Shown: positions 1 to 9,872 of the stretch, in pieces | How the letters are laid out: each line of letters opens with the position of its first letter | Numbering within the stretch: position 1 is the first letter of the stretch | Assembly: GCA_017547425.1 (NCBI GenBank) | Contig: JAFYPT010000139.1 | Location: forward strand, 1-50,640 | DNA from: Ruminiclostridium sp. | Lineage (GTDB): Bacteria; Bacillota; Clostridia; Oscillospirales; Oscillospiraceae | Reading direction: 5' to 3' | Length of the DNA stretch: 50,640 nt | Made by a program: the position numbers and the translations under genes | The notes under the pieces: model-generated | Told to the model about the DNA's origin: nothing | The model's input: only the letters and a program-made list of their open reading frames with translations | Database searches by the model: none

Positions 1-1022
1 GCCGCCACGGGAAGGAGCTGGGGGCTCAGGGCCGCCTTGGCCGCACCGATGACGTATTCGGGCATACCTAGAGCACTGTTGATGTCCCGGAGTGCAAAGG
101 CGCAGGTGATGATCATAAACACGCCCACCATGTCCTTAAAACCGGAGACCACGCTGTCCATGAACTTATTCACAGTCATGAGCCGCTGGGGCAGATACAG
201 AACAAAGCAGAAGACCAGACCAAAGAGGGTTCCGTAAAGGATCTCGCCGGTGGCAATGGTGATGGCAGTGATGAGAACGATGGGGACCAGGAAGTTCAGG
301 GCGTTGCCTTTCTTCTCCTCCTGTTGTTCCAGCTCCTGGCTGTCCCCGCTTCTGGCCAGGACATAGGCCTTCTTCATGGGGCCATACTTAGGCAGGATGC
401 CAATGGCAAAGAGCAGAGCGCACAGGATGGACATCATGGGGTAGAACATCATGGGCAGGGTGTGCAGGAAGGTGGTCATACCGGCCTCCGAGGTGCAGAC
501 GCCGGAAGCCACCATCTGGCTGATCATGAACACGCCCCAGGTGGAGATGGGGACGATGACGCAGACGGCAGAGGCCACGGAATTACTGACAAAGGCCAGC
601 ATCTCGCGAGGGATCTTGAACCGATCGGTGGCATTTCGCATGGCGGCACCCACCGAGAGGATGGAGAGCCAGTCGTCAATGAAAACGATGACACCCAGAA
701 GCCAGGCACCGAACAGGGTGCGTTTCTCGGTGGTGCAGACCTTGGCTGCAATGTTGGTAAAACCAAAGATACCACCCGAAGCCTCGAAGAGGGCCACCAG
801 GCTGCCGAAGAAGCCGCAGACCAGCACCAGCCAGATCCAGGTGTCGCTGCCCATGACTCCGTAGAACACGTCGATAAGGGGTTTGGCAAAGTCCGTGCCG
901 TACAGCATGACAGCACCCACCACAGCGCCGCACAGGAGAGAGGCCGCCGTGCGCCGGGTGACAAACACCAGGACGATGACCACTGCAACAGGAAGCAGAC
1001 TCAAAATCCCATAGTTCTCCAT
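1..1022 (-). CDS. Na+/H+ antiporter NhaC-family transporter (3' end runs off window)
   Basis: Not in the ORF track; translated by hand from ATG at 1022: MENYGILSLLPVAVVIVLVFVTRR...GVIVFIDDWLSILSVGAAMRNATDRFKIPREMLAFVSNSVASAVCVIVPISTWG. The FIDD / R-x-x-L-A-F / P-I-S-x-W-G signatures are typical of NhaC-like carriers; open to base 1. Confidence 0.85.
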   Translation of the reverse strand, partial: MENYGILSLLPVAVVIVLVFVTRRTAASLLCGAVVGAVMLYGTDFAKPLIDVFYGVMGSDTWIWLVLVCGFFGSLVALFEASGGIFGFTNIAAKVCTTEKRTLFGAWLLGVIVFIDDWLSILSVGAAMRNATDRFKIPREMLAFVSNSVASAVCVIVPISTWGVFMISQMVASGVCTSEAGMTTFLHTLPMMFYPMMSILCALLFAIGILPKYGPMKKAYVLARSGDSQELEQQEEKKGNALNFLVPIVLITAITIATGEILYGTLFGLVFCFVLYLPQRLMTVNKFMDSVVSGFKDMVGVFMIITCAFALRDINSALGMPEYVIGAAKAALSPQLLPVA

Positions 1023-1213
1023 GGACTCACATCCTTCTCTTCATAATAAAAGCGATAGGTTATTCTATATGCCCTATGATACAGCACAAACCAGATTTCC
1101 GCAAGATAATTATATAGAATGTGAATTGACATTTTTCCCTCTTCTGATTAAGATAAAAACTGTTGCGCACTTTCCCAAAACCTAACGTTTTGTTTACAGA
1201 GGAGAAGAACTCT

Positions 1214-2323
1214 ATGCTCGAAAAGTGTCTGACCCCCATCCGAAAGGAACCCGTCCTGTTTATTGCTGCTTTGGCGGCGTTGCTGTCCATGATTGCGGTG
1301 CCTCCCAGTATGGCCTATCTGGGCTATGTGGATGTCCGTGTCCTGTGTTTGCTGTTCTGCCTCATGGCTGTGGTAGCTGGCCTTCAGTCCTGCAACCTCT
1401 TCGACGTGCTGGCCCAGCGACTGCTGACCAACAGCCACCATCTACGAACCGTGGTGGTGATGCTGGTCCTTCTCCCCTTCTTTACCTCCATGCTGGTGAC
1501 CAACGATGTGGCTCTTATTACCTTCGTCCCCTTTGCTATTCTGGTCCTTCAGACCATCGGCAAGACGGATCTACTGATTCCTGTCATCGTTCTGCAGACG
1601 GTAGCGGCTAATCTGGGCAGCATGGATACCCCGGTTGGCAACCCTCAGAACCTGTTCCTGTACGCCCATTACGACCTGACTGCCGGGAGCTTTTTCCGGG
1701 TCATGGTCCCCCTGACCATTCTGAGTCTGGCCGCTCTGCTGGTAGCCACCCGGATGATCCCCAACGAGCCCATCCAAGTGACCTTCCGGAAGAACAGCAC
1801 CATTCCCAGCCGCAGAAAGCTGGTGCTGTACGGGGCACTCTTCCTGCTGTGTCTGCTGTCCGTCTTCCACGTACTGCCCTACGAAGCCCTGACCCTCATC
1901 GTGGTCCTGGTCTTCTTCGCTGTGGACAAGTCCATGCTGGGCAAGGTAAACTACGGACTGCTGCTGACCTTTGTCTGCTTCTTCATCTTCGCCGGAAACA
2001 TTGGCGCCATTGAGCAGGTCCGTGAGCTTCTCACCGCCCTCATGGAGCGCAGCGCCTTCCTGGCTTCCCTCCTGGCCAGTCAGTTCATCAGCAATGTCCC
2101 CGCATCCGTCCTCCTGGCCGACTTTACCCACGACTGGCAGGGTATGCTAGCCGGCACCAACATCGGTGGTCTGGGCACCCTGATTGCCTCTCTGGCCAGT
2201 CTGATTTCCTTCCAGTATTATGCGGCCTTACCCGATGCCAAGCCCATGCGCTACCTGGTGGTTTTCACCCTCGTAAATATCATTGGTCTCGTCATCCTGG
2301 TCCCCATGGCATCCATCCTGTAA
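1214..2323 (+). CDS. ArsB/NhaD/SLC13-type (citrate transporter-like) permease
   Basis: Hydrophobic protein with TNDVAL, ANLGS..TPVGNPQN, SNVPA and GGLGTLIASLASLI motifs; ATG at 1214 follows AGGAG. Confidence 0.85.
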   Translation: MLEKCLTPIRKEPVLFIAALAALLSMIAVPPSMAYLGYVDVRVLCLLFCLMAVVAGLQSCNLFDVLAQRLLTNSHHLRTVVVMLVLLPFFTSMLVTNDVALITFVPFAILVLQTIGKTDLLIPVIVLQTVAANLGSMDTPVGNPQNLFLYAHYDLTAGSFFRVMVPLTILSLAALLVATRMIPNEPIQVTFRKNSTIPSRRKLVLYGALFLLCLLSVFHVLPYEALTLIVVLVFFAVDKSMLGKVNYGLLLTFVCFFIFAGNIGAIEQVRELLTALMERSAFLASLLASQFISNVPASVLLADFTHDWQGMLAGTNIGGLGTLIASLASLISFQYYAALPDAKPMRYLVVFTLVNIIGLVILVPMASIL

Positions 2324-2330
2324 ACATACC

Positions 2331-2364
2331 AACGCCCTGCTTGCACCAGCAAGCAGGGCGTTTT
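2331..2364. terminator. Bidirectional intrinsic terminator
   Basis: AACGCCCTGCTTGC-acca-GCAAGCAGGGCGTT inverted repeat between convergent genes. Confidence 0.85.
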
Positions 2365-2368
2365 CATA

Positions 2369-3586
2369 TCAAAGGTTAAAGTTATATGGGTATCTGCGGC
2401 GCTGGATCTCATCCAGCAGATAGGCCGCTACCTCGTCCTTGCCCATGAGGGGCAGTTCCTTGATGTCCTTCTCGGTGATGATGGTGACTACGTTGGTGGT
2501 GCCGCCAAAACCGGCGCCGGCCACCTTCAGGTTGTTGGCAACGATCATGTCCAGGTGCTTCCGCTCCAGCTTGGCCTTGGAGTTCTCCACCATGTTCTGG
2601 GTCTCCATGGAAAAGCCGCAGACATACAGACCAGGATGTCGGTTCTCTGCCACCCAGCCCAGGATATCGGTGGTACGTTCCAGGGGGATGGATGCATCCC
2701 CTTCCTTCTTTTTGATCTTATCGCTGGCTACAGTTACAGGTCGATAATCGGCTACCGCTGCCGCTTTGATGAGTATATCCGTCTTGGGCAGGGTATCCTG
2801 AATAGCGTAGAGCATATCTGCCGCTGTAGTGACCGGACGGGTTTCCACAAAAGGAACGAGATCCAGATCCACGGGGCCGGAAATCAAAGTGACCTGGGCG
2901 CCCCGCAGCATGGCCTCCCTGGCAATGGCGTAGCCCATCCGACCGGTACTGTGGTTGGTGATGAAGCGGACCGGGTCCAGAGCTTCCTGAGTAGGACCGG
3001 CTGTCACCGTGACCCGCACGCCCTGCAGGTCCTTTCTCCGGGCCAGGTGGCGGAGAATGTGGTCCTCCAAAACTTCCGGCTCCGGCAGTTTTCCGCTGCC
3101 CACATCCTGGCAGGCCAGCAGTCCGCTGGCAGGCTGGATGATCTCGAAGCCATACTTTTCCAGGGTGCGGATGTTGTCCTGGGTGATGGGATTCTCCAGC
3201 ATAGCGGTGTTCATGGCGGGGGCTACCAGCTTTTTGCACCGGGCCGCCAGGGTCACTGTGGTGAGCATATCGTCTGCAATGCCGTGAGCCAGTTTGGCGA
3301 TAATGTTGGCGGTAGCGGGTGCAATGAGGATCAGGTCGGCCATTTTCGCCAGGGAGATGTGGGTCACATCGTATTGAAAATCCCGGGCGAAAGTGTCCAC
3401 CACACAGCGGTTGTTGGTCAAGGTCTCAAAGGTCAGAGGGGTGATGAACTGGGTGGCATTTTCCGTCATCACAACGTGAACGTCTGCCCCGGCCTTCCGC
3501 AGAGCGCTGGCCACGTTGGCCATCTTATAGGCGGCGATGCCGCCGGAGATGCCAAGGACGATGCATTTTCCTTTCAGGCTTTCCAT
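2369..3586 (-). CDS. coaBC: Bifunctional phosphopantothenoylcysteine decarboxylase/ligase
   Basis: GISGGIAAYK, APATAN, PAMN, TAGPT.E..DPVRFITNHSTG.MG, AAAVADY motifs. Confidence 0.97.
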   Translation of the reverse strand: MESLKGKCIVLGISGGIAAYKMANVASALRKAGADVHVVMTENATQFITPLTFETLTNNRCVVDTFARDFQYDVTHISLAKMADLILIAPATANIIAKLAHGIADDMLTTVTLAARCKKLVAPAMNTAMLENPITQDNIRTLEKYGFEIIQPASGLLACQDVGSGKLPEPEVLEDHILRHLARRKDLQGVRVTVTAGPTQEALDPVRFITNHSTGRMGYAIAREAMLRGAQVTLISGPVDLDLVPFVETRPVTTAADMLYAIQDTLPKTDILIKAAAVADYRPVTVASDKIKKKEGDASIPLERTTDILGWVAENRHPGLYVCGFSMETQNMVENSKAKLERKHLDMIVANNLKVAGAGFGGTTNVVTIITEKDIKELPLMGKDEVAAYLLDEIQRRRYPYNFNL

Positions 3587-3602
3587 GGGTCAGCTCTCCT
3601 TT

Positions 3603-4013
3603 TCAGATAATGATGCCATTGCAGTGGTCGATCTCATGCTGGATGATCTGAGCCGTCCAGCCAGTGTAGGTCTTGAACCGGGTCTGGAAGTCGGCATTCT
3701 GATACTTGACCTTGATGGACTGATAGCGTTTTGTCTTCCGTCTTCCCACCAGGGACAGGCAGCCTTCCTCGGTCTCGTAGCGGTCGGAAGCCTTGACGAT
3801 CTCGGGGTTGAACATGACCATATAGGTCCCTTCGTTGTCAAAGGCAATGATGCGCTTGGACACACCGATCATGTTGGCTGCCATGCCAACGCATCCTTCG
3901 GCGTGGGCGGTAAGGGTATCTAAAAGATCCTGGGCTACCTGCAGATCCTCCTTGGTGGCAGGCTCAGAAGGGATCGCCAGGAAGGTTTCATCTCTCATAA
4001 TGGGCTGTACCAT
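3603..4013 (-). CDS. def: Peptide deformylase (short form)
   Basis: GMAANMIG, EGCLS and QHEIDH motifs; ATG at 4013 after GAGAGG. Confidence 0.93.
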   Translation of the reverse strand: MVQPIMRDETFLAIPSEPATKEDLQVAQDLLDTLTAHAEGCVGMAANMIGVSKRIIAFDNEGTYMVMFNPEIVKASDRYETEEGCLSLVGRRKTKRYQSIKVKYQNADFQTRFKTYTGWTAQIIQHEIDHCNGIII

Positions 4014-4257
4014 AGGGTTACCTCTCAATCGTCAATGGTTTTGATCCGCTCCAGATTGCGGAAGATTTATCCTTCTTTCTTCCTATTATACCGGGAATTG
4101 TGATACTTTCAACCAAAATATGGCCCCGGTTCGAACATTTTTCCCAAAAAGGGTTGCGAAGGCACTTCTTTTGTGTTACCCTCATATTTAATAGATTTAT
4201 ACAGTGTGTTGAACGATATCCTGCGAATAACTCAGAAACGAAAAGGAGGTGCAGGCC

Positions 4258-5844
4258 ATGGAACGGCCATCCTTAGAAAATGGTGTGATGGAGATGTCTC
4301 TGCTGGAAAAAGGGCACAAGGGCCTGCTGAAGGCTCTGTTTGGCCGCACCGGTATCATCGTTCTGATGCTGCTGATCCAGATCGCCCTGCTTGTTGTGGT
4401 GTATCAGCGGTTCAGCGAGTACGTCCCACAGCTCTACACGGGTATGATCGTGATCTCTGTGATCACGGTCTTTTATCTGCTTAACAGATCCATCGATCCA
4501 TCAGCCAAGATCACATGGCTCATTATCATTGCGGTGGTCCCGATTTTCGGTGCCCTCCTTCTGATCTATACCCAGATGGATGTGGGTCACCGCACCCTGA
4601 AAAAGGCAGTCGCCCGCACCATCGACAGTACCCGGGACTCCATCTCCCAGGATCCCGTAATCATGGCGGAGATCACCGAGGATAGCCCCGAAACGGCGGC
4701 TCTGGCCCAATACCTCAGCCGGAGCGGATGCCATCCCGTGTTCAAAAACACCCATGTGACCTATTTCCCCTCAGGCGCAGATAAGCTGATCGAGCTTCTC
4801 AACCAGCTGGAACGGGCGGAAAAGTTCATCTTCCTGGAATACTTCATCATTGATGAGGGCCTCATGTGGGGCAGCATCCTGGATATCCTGGCCCGGAAAG
4901 CCAAGGAGGGTGTAGAGGTCCGAGTCATGTATGACGGCAGCTGTGAGTTCAGCACCCTTCCCCACAGCTATCCCAAGCTACTCAGAGACCAGGGCATCCA
5001 GTGCAAGGTCTTCTCCCCTGCCCGCCCCTTCCTGTCCACCCACTACAACTACCGGGACCACCGGAAGATCCTGGTAATCGACGGCCACACCGCCTTTACC
5101 GGCGGCATCAACCTGGCCGACGAGTACATCAATCACATCCATCGCTTCGGCCACTGGAAGGACACTGCCGTCATGCTCCAGGGTGATGCCGCACGGAGTT
5201 TTACCCTGATGTTCCTGCAGCTCTGGAACAGCTATGAGAAGAATCCTGTATACAGCAAGTATTTGTCTGCCCATACCTACCCCATAGCAGAGGCCAATGG
5301 ATATGTCATTCCCTACGCCGACTGTCCCCTGGACGATGACAAAGTGGGCGAACGGGTATACATGGACATTCTGAACCGAGCTCAGCAGTATGTGCACATC
5401 ATGTCCCCCTATCTCATTCTGGACGGCGAACTGGAAACTGCGCTGAAGTTTGCCGCAGAGCGGGGGGTGGATGTCTCCCTGATCCTGCCCGGCATCCCGG
5501 ATAAGAAGATCCCCTACGCCCTGGCCAAGACCCACTACGCCTCCCTGATGGCCTCCGGCGTGAAGATCTATGAGTACACCCCCGGCTTCGTTCATGCCAA
5601 GGTCTTTGTCAGCGACGACTGCAAGGCCGTGGTGGGCACCATCAACCTGGACTACCGCAGTCTGTATCACCACTTCGAATGTGCCGCCTACCTGTACAAG
5701 AGCGACTGCATCCCTACCATTGAGAAGGATTTTCAAAAGACCCTGGCCCAGTGCCGACCGGTCACCAGGGAGACCATCCGCAAGGAACCTCTCACCCGCA
5801 GAGTGACCGGCATCGTCATGAAAGCCATTGCACCCCTGATGTGA
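4258..5844 (+). CDS. cls: Cardiolipin synthase
   Basis: N-terminal TM helices and two HKD motifs (HRKILVID, HAKVFVSD); ATG at 4258 after AAGGAGGT. Confidence 0.95.
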   Translation: MERPSLENGVMEMSLLEKGHKGLLKALFGRTGIIVLMLLIQIALLVVVYQRFSEYVPQLYTGMIVISVITVFYLLNRSIDPSAKITWLIIIAVVPIFGALLLIYTQMDVGHRTLKKAVARTIDSTRDSISQDPVIMAEITEDSPETAALAQYLSRSGCHPVFKNTHVTYFPSGADKLIELLNQLERAEKFIFLEYFIIDEGLMWGSILDILARKAKEGVEVRVMYDGSCEFSTLPHSYPKLLRDQGIQCKVFSPARPFLSTHYNYRDHRKILVIDGHTAFTGGINLADEYINHIHRFGHWKDTAVMLQGDAARSFTLMFLQLWNSYEKNPVYSKYLSAHTYPIAEANGYVIPYADCPLDDDKVGERVYMDILNRAQQYVHIMSPYLILDGELETALKFAAERGVDVSLILPGIPDKKIPYALAKTHYASLMASGVKIYEYTPGFVHAKVFVSDDCKAVVGTINLDYRSLYHHFECAAYLYKSDCIPTIEKDFQKTLAQCRPVTRETIRKEPLTRRVTGIVMKAIAPLM

Positions 5845-5849
5845 TCGTT

Positions 5850-5880
5850 AAGACCCTGCATCCCCGGATGCAGGGTCTTT
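5850..5880 (+). terminator. Intrinsic terminator after cls
   Basis: AAGACCCTGCATCC-cc-GGATGCAGGGTCTTT hairpin. Confidence 0.75.
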
Positions 5881-5911
5881 CCATGTATGTTCTTAAAATT
5901 TTTCAAAATGC

Positions 5912-5944
5912 TGTGAGGTTCCCGCCTTAATTTCGGTCTAATAG
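5912..5944 (+). promoter_or_regulatory. Probable ECF-type (autoregulatory) promoter
   Basis: TGTGAG...GGTCTAATAG just upstream of the ECF sigma gene; the GTCTA -10 element is ECF-like. Assignment is inference. Confidence 0.45.
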
Positions 5945-5976
5945 GGTGAGAGACAAACAAATGCGAGGTGAAGCCC

Positions 5977-6525
5977 ATGAACGACCACAATATCATAGAA
6001 TTGTTCTTCGCCCGGGATGAGGCTGCCATTCAACACACGGAAGAGGCCTATGGCCATCGACTCTTTGCCACGGCCAATCATATTCTGGAGAATCACCAGG
6101 ATGCAGAAGAGAGCGTCAGCGACACCTATCTCCGGGCCTGGGAGACCATTCCGCCCCAGCGACCTCGGTACTTCTTCGCCTATCTGGCAAAAATCTGCCG
6201 CAATTTTGCCCTGAAACGGCTGGAATGGAACAACGCCGCCAAGCGCAAAGCCCAGGTGGTGAGCATCACCCAAGAACTGGAACTGTGCATCCCGGACGGG
6301 ACCCGGGACATGGATTCCCTGGAACTGGGCCAGATCCTGGATGCCTTCCTGCGAACCTTGTCCCCGGATAACCGCATCGTCTTCCTGCGGCGGTACTGGT
6401 TCGGGGACTCCATCGGTGAGATCGCTTCCCGCTATCAACTCAGTGAGAGTGCCGTTCTTATGCGGCTGAACCGGACCCGCACCAAGCTCCGGACACACCT
6501 GGAACAGGAGGGGATCATAGTATGA
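5977..6525 (+). CDS. ECF-type RNA polymerase sigma-70 factor
   Basis: Region 2 (DAEESVSDTYLRAW) and region 4 HTH (SIGEIASRYQLSESAVLMRLNRTR). Confidence 0.93.
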   Translation: MNDHNIIELFFARDEAAIQHTEEAYGHRLFATANHILENHQDAEESVSDTYLRAWETIPPQRPRYFFAYLAKICRNFALKRLEWNNAAKRKAQVVSITQELELCIPDGTRDMDSLELGQILDAFLRTLSPDNRIVFLRRYWFGDSIGEIASRYQLSESAVLMRLNRTRTKLRTHLEQEGIIV

Positions 6526-7643
6526 ACGGAAACGATATTTTTCTGGCCCTGGAGCACATTGGGGATGACCTGGTGGAGCAGGCCGAATTTGAGGCATTTC
6601 CCGCCCAGTGGCGCAGACTAAGACCTCTGCTGACCGCCGCGCTCATCGCTGTCCTTCTTCTGGCAGGATTGGTGGGCAGTGCTGTGGCCTACGGTCACGG
6701 CTGGTTCAGCGGATTCTTCCGGGAGTCCACCGGCCAGTCCCTCACCCAAGGGCAGATGGCCTATCTGCAGCAATCTGAGCATATTCTTGGACAGGCACAG
6801 ACCCACGACGGCTGGACCATTGAACTCCGCTCGGCCCTGAATGATGGCACCACCGCCTATATTATCCTGGGTGTCACCGCTCCCGAGGGGACCAGTCTGG
6901 AGACCAGGATGGAAGAAAATGAGCGGCTGGATATCCTGGGTCCAGGAAACGAGAACATGGCCGATGTTCTTACCTGCACCAGGGGAGTGGACTGGGACAG
7001 CCTGCACATGGACTGGGTGGAGGACGGAGACGGCCTGGAACACACCAAAAACTATGTGATCCAGATAGACCCTGTCAAAACCGGTGGTCTGGTGGACCCC
7101 TTCGGCCCCAAAGCAGTCTATCACATCCGCATCGAGAATATCCAACTGCAGTCCAGAGACACCGACTACTATCAGCATCTGCTGGACACCAAGTACCAGG
7201 GCCAGGACGGCATCATGCTCACACCCGAAGAAGCTGAACGACTTTGGATAACAACTATCCCGGCCAGGGGTGTGTGGGAGTTTGATCTGACCCTCAACGG
7301 AGATACCTCCAAGAGAGAAATACTCAACAAACCCATCACCACCCAGGCCTCGGTCTATCAACGGGAAAAGGGAGGCATCTATGAGGTGGTGGATGTGACC
7401 CTCACCTCGGTCATTCTGCGGCCTCTCAGTGTCACCCTTTCCAGTGAAGGGGTCGAGTATCCCCAGTTTGCCACCAGTGACAACCAGGTCTTTGCGGTCC
7501 GGAAGGACGGCAGCCGCATCCAGCTCCTGCCCTACGGCACCCAGATGCGGCGTTATCAGGAGCTGAAAGCCGAGTCCCCCTTGATCTTTGAGGAACTGGA
7601 CCACATTCTCTTGGCCGATGGGACGATGATACCGGTGTCATAA
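6522..7643 (+). CDS. Putative membrane-anchored anti-sigma factor (DUF4179-like)
   Basis: ATGA overlap with the ECF gene, short N-terminal IGDDLVEQA segment, one TM helix, large extracytoplasmic domain. Confidence 0.7.
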   Translation: MNGNDIFLALEHIGDDLVEQAEFEAFPAQWRRLRPLLTAALIAVLLLAGLVGSAVAYGHGWFSGFFRESTGQSLTQGQMAYLQQSEHILGQAQTHDGWTIELRSALNDGTTAYIILGVTAPEGTSLETRMEENERLDILGPGNENMADVLTCTRGVDWDSLHMDWVEDGDGLEHTKNYVIQIDPVKTGGLVDPFGPKAVYHIRIENIQLQSRDTDYYQHLLDTKYQGQDGIMLTPEEAERLWITTIPARGVWEFDLTLNGDTSKREILNKPITTQASVYQREKGGIYEVVDVTLTSVILRPLSVTLSSEGVEYPQFATSDNQVFAVRKDGSRIQLLPYGTQMRRYQELKAESPLIFEELDHILLADGTMIPVS

Positions 7644-7661
7644 CAAGAAAACAGGATACCA

Positions 7662-7695
7662 AAAAAGGAAGGGAATCAACACTCCCTTCCTTTTT
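7662..7695. terminator. Bidirectional intrinsic terminator
   Basis: AAAAAGGAAGGGA...TCCCTTCCTTTTT between convergent genes. Confidence 0.8.
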
Positions 7696-7698
7696 GCG

Positions 7699-8166
7699 TT
7701 AGGTTTTGCTCTCGTTCAGATAGGCCAGCACCTCTTCTGCGTTGGTGTCCGGCTTGACTTTGGGCATGACTTTTTCGATGATGCCCTCTTCGTTGATGAT
7801 ATAGGTGGTGCGCACGGTCCCCATGGTCACCTTGCCGGAGGACTTCTTCTCCTTCCAAACATCATAGGCCTGGAGGACCTGGAACTCCGGGTCAGACAGG
7901 AGCACAAAGGGAAGGTTGTGCTTGGTGGCAAATTTTTCGTGGGAAGCCACGGAATCCTTGCTGATGCCAATGACCTCCGCGTTCATGGACTTGAACTGGA
8001 GATAGGCCAGGCTGAAGGCACAGGCCTGCTTGGTGCAGCCGGAGGTGTTGTCCTTGGAGTAGAAATACAGGACCACCTTTTTACCCTGGAAATCTGTCAG
8101 GCTTACCGGATTGCCGTTCTTGTCCAGCAAGGTAAAATCAGGGGCTTTTTGTCCAACTTCCAGCAT
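7699..8166 (-). CDS. bcp: Thioredoxin-dependent thiol peroxidase (BCP/PrxQ)
   Basis: FYSKDNTSGCTKQAC, a CxxxxC peroxiredoxin-Q motif. Confidence 0.92.
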   Translation of the reverse strand: MLEVGQKAPDFTLLDKNGNPVSLTDFQGKKVVLYFYSKDNTSGCTKQACAFSLAYLQFKSMNAEVIGISKDSVASHEKFATKHNLPFVLLSDPEFQVLQAYDVWKEKKSSGKVTMGTVRTTYIINEEGIIEKVMPKVKPDTNAEEVLAYLNESKT

Positions 8167-8169
8167 GGG

Positions 8170-8916
8170 TTACTCCTCCTTGATGAAAACGTAATTGGTG
8201 TCGGTAGAATCCTCTGCCGAATAGCGATAACCCATCCGGTCAAAGGACTTCAGCTGTTCGGGGTGCTCCGCTCGAGTCTCTGCCATGAATCGGACCATCT
8301 CTCCCCGGGCCATCTTGCACATGGTCCCCTTCTCGATGATTTTATCGCCCTTCCGTTCGCCGAACGTACAGGTCAAGAAGAGTTTTCCCTCTGGCACATA
8401 CTTGGACACACACTGGCTATACTCCTTGGAGGCCAGATTGATGACCATATCCGTCTCAGACCAAAACGCTTTGGCCAGGGAATCACCCCAAAAGGCATAC
8501 AAATCTTTGGTTTCTCCCACCGCCAACTTGGCCTGCATCTCCAGACGATAAGGAATCACTCCATCGAAGGGACGGAGCAAACCATAAAAACCGGAAAGGA
8601 TGCGCAGATGGTCTTGCAGATAGACAAGCGCATCCTGGGAGAGTACCCCCGGAGCCATGTATTGATACTGAATCCCCTCATAAGCCATCACGGCAGGTGT
8701 CAGGGTTCGATCCAGCTCGAACGTCTGGATTCGCTGGATATTCTGGGCAGCAATTTTATCGTTGCACTTCCAGAGGGTTTTCAGTTCGTCGTACGAGAGT
8801 TCTTTCAATCGGTCAAACAGTACCTGGGTTTGAGGGAGAAAGGCAGGAAGGTCCTTCCAGGCAAAGCTGTCCGTATCGACCCGCATCTTTTTCGCCGGTG
8901 AAATGATGATCTGCAC
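8170..8916 (-). CDS. yaaA: Peroxide stress protein YaaA (DUF328)
   Basis: ISPAK, LSGFYGLLRPFD..PYRLEM, NLASKEY, KMARG motifs. Confidence 0.93.
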   Translation of the reverse strand: MQIIISPAKKMRVDTDSFAWKDLPAFLPQTQVLFDRLKELSYDELKTLWKCNDKIAAQNIQRIQTFELDRTLTPAVMAYEGIQYQYMAPGVLSQDALVYLQDHLRILSGFYGLLRPFDGVIPYRLEMQAKLAVGETKDLYAFWGDSLAKAFWSETDMVINLASKEYSQCVSKYVPEGKLFLTCTFGERKGDKIIEKGTMCKMARGEMVRFMAETRAEHPEQLKSFDRMGYRYSAEDSTDTNYVFIKEE

Positions 8917-8927
8917 AACAACCCTCC

Positions 8928-9869
8928 TTACATCAGCATGGTGAACAGGGCATCCAGATTGTCCTGGGAATACTCGATCTCTGCGGAATACTGCCGGGCA
9001 AGCTCCACCTGATCTGCCAGAGTAAACACGCCGGTTTGTGTCCAGCAGAGAGCCCCCAGAAGGAACAGCATCCGAGTGCTGAGAACGCTAAAAGAGACCT
9101 TGCTTCCCACGTCTCCATCCTCGTAAGCAGTGAGGAAATGACGGTACAGGAAGTAGACCAACAGTTGCTCATACTCGGTTTCCCTGCCCTTCATATACCG
9201 GGCGAAGCCTTCCCGGTCAATGTACTCTCCCTGATTTCGCAGGTTTTCCAGGACTTCCGTCCAGGTTTCTTCCAATCGTTCCAGGTCCAGGTAAACCTCG
9301 GCCCACTGAACTGGAGACAGGTCTGGAATCCATCCCTGGAATCGCTCCAACAGGGCACTTTCCCGTTCCGTCAAAGAGCGTGTCCTGTCCTGAGCAATGT
9401 CCAGAGCCTCCTGACGAAGAGCAACCAGAAGTTCGGCCTCTGCGTCGGGTTCCTCTGCGGTTCCGGATACACAGAGCTTGACCGGTTCCTTTTGGGACAG
9501 GATCAATTGTCCGGCCGCTTCACAGCAGAGACCCACACCAATTTCCGTTCTTCCAGGCAGGAAACTGCGATATCTGGGATGGTCAGTGCAAATTTGACAG
9601 AGAATTTCTTCTCCACCGTGGAGGATCAAATCGCACAGCCCCTTCTCATTCAGAAAGGGACACCTCTCCCCTTCTCCCAGGATGAAATGGGGTGTTTCCT
9701 CCAAGGAAATGGATTCTTTGAGTCGCTGGCCCATGGGTCCCTCTATGGCTTGAAACCGGGCCAGAGATTCCGGGTCAATGTCGATTTCCCAACCGATGCA
9801 GCAGCTATGCTTGCAGCGGTCAGCAATGCAGGAAAATGAAGGATAATAGTCCGGGTATACCATCTGCAT
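8928..9869 (-). CDS. FliB-like (flagellin lysine-N-methylase family) Cys-rich protein
   Basis: YPDYY..FSCIADRCKHSCCIGWEIDID, CPFL...LCDL...LCQICTDHPR and C-terminal SAEIEYS motifs. Confidence 0.8.
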   Translation of the reverse strand: MQMVYPDYYPSFSCIADRCKHSCCIGWEIDIDPESLARFQAIEGPMGQRLKESISLEETPHFILGEGERCPFLNEKGLCDLILHGGEEILCQICTDHPRYRSFLPGRTEIGVGLCCEAAGQLILSQKEPVKLCVSGTAEEPDAEAELLVALRQEALDIAQDRTRSLTERESALLERFQGWIPDLSPVQWAEVYLDLERLEETWTEVLENLRNQGEYIDREGFARYMKGRETEYEQLLVYFLYRHFLTAYEDGDVGSKVSFSVLSTRMLFLLGALCWTQTGVFTLADQVELARQYSAEIEYSQDNLDALFTMLM

Positions 9870-9872
9870 CGA

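Noticed and set aside
324-1046. 240-aa plus-strand ORF and the 524-988 minus-strand ORF
   Set aside because: The real gene is the NhaC-family frame on the minus strand from 1022, which the ORF track missed because it has no stop inside the window.
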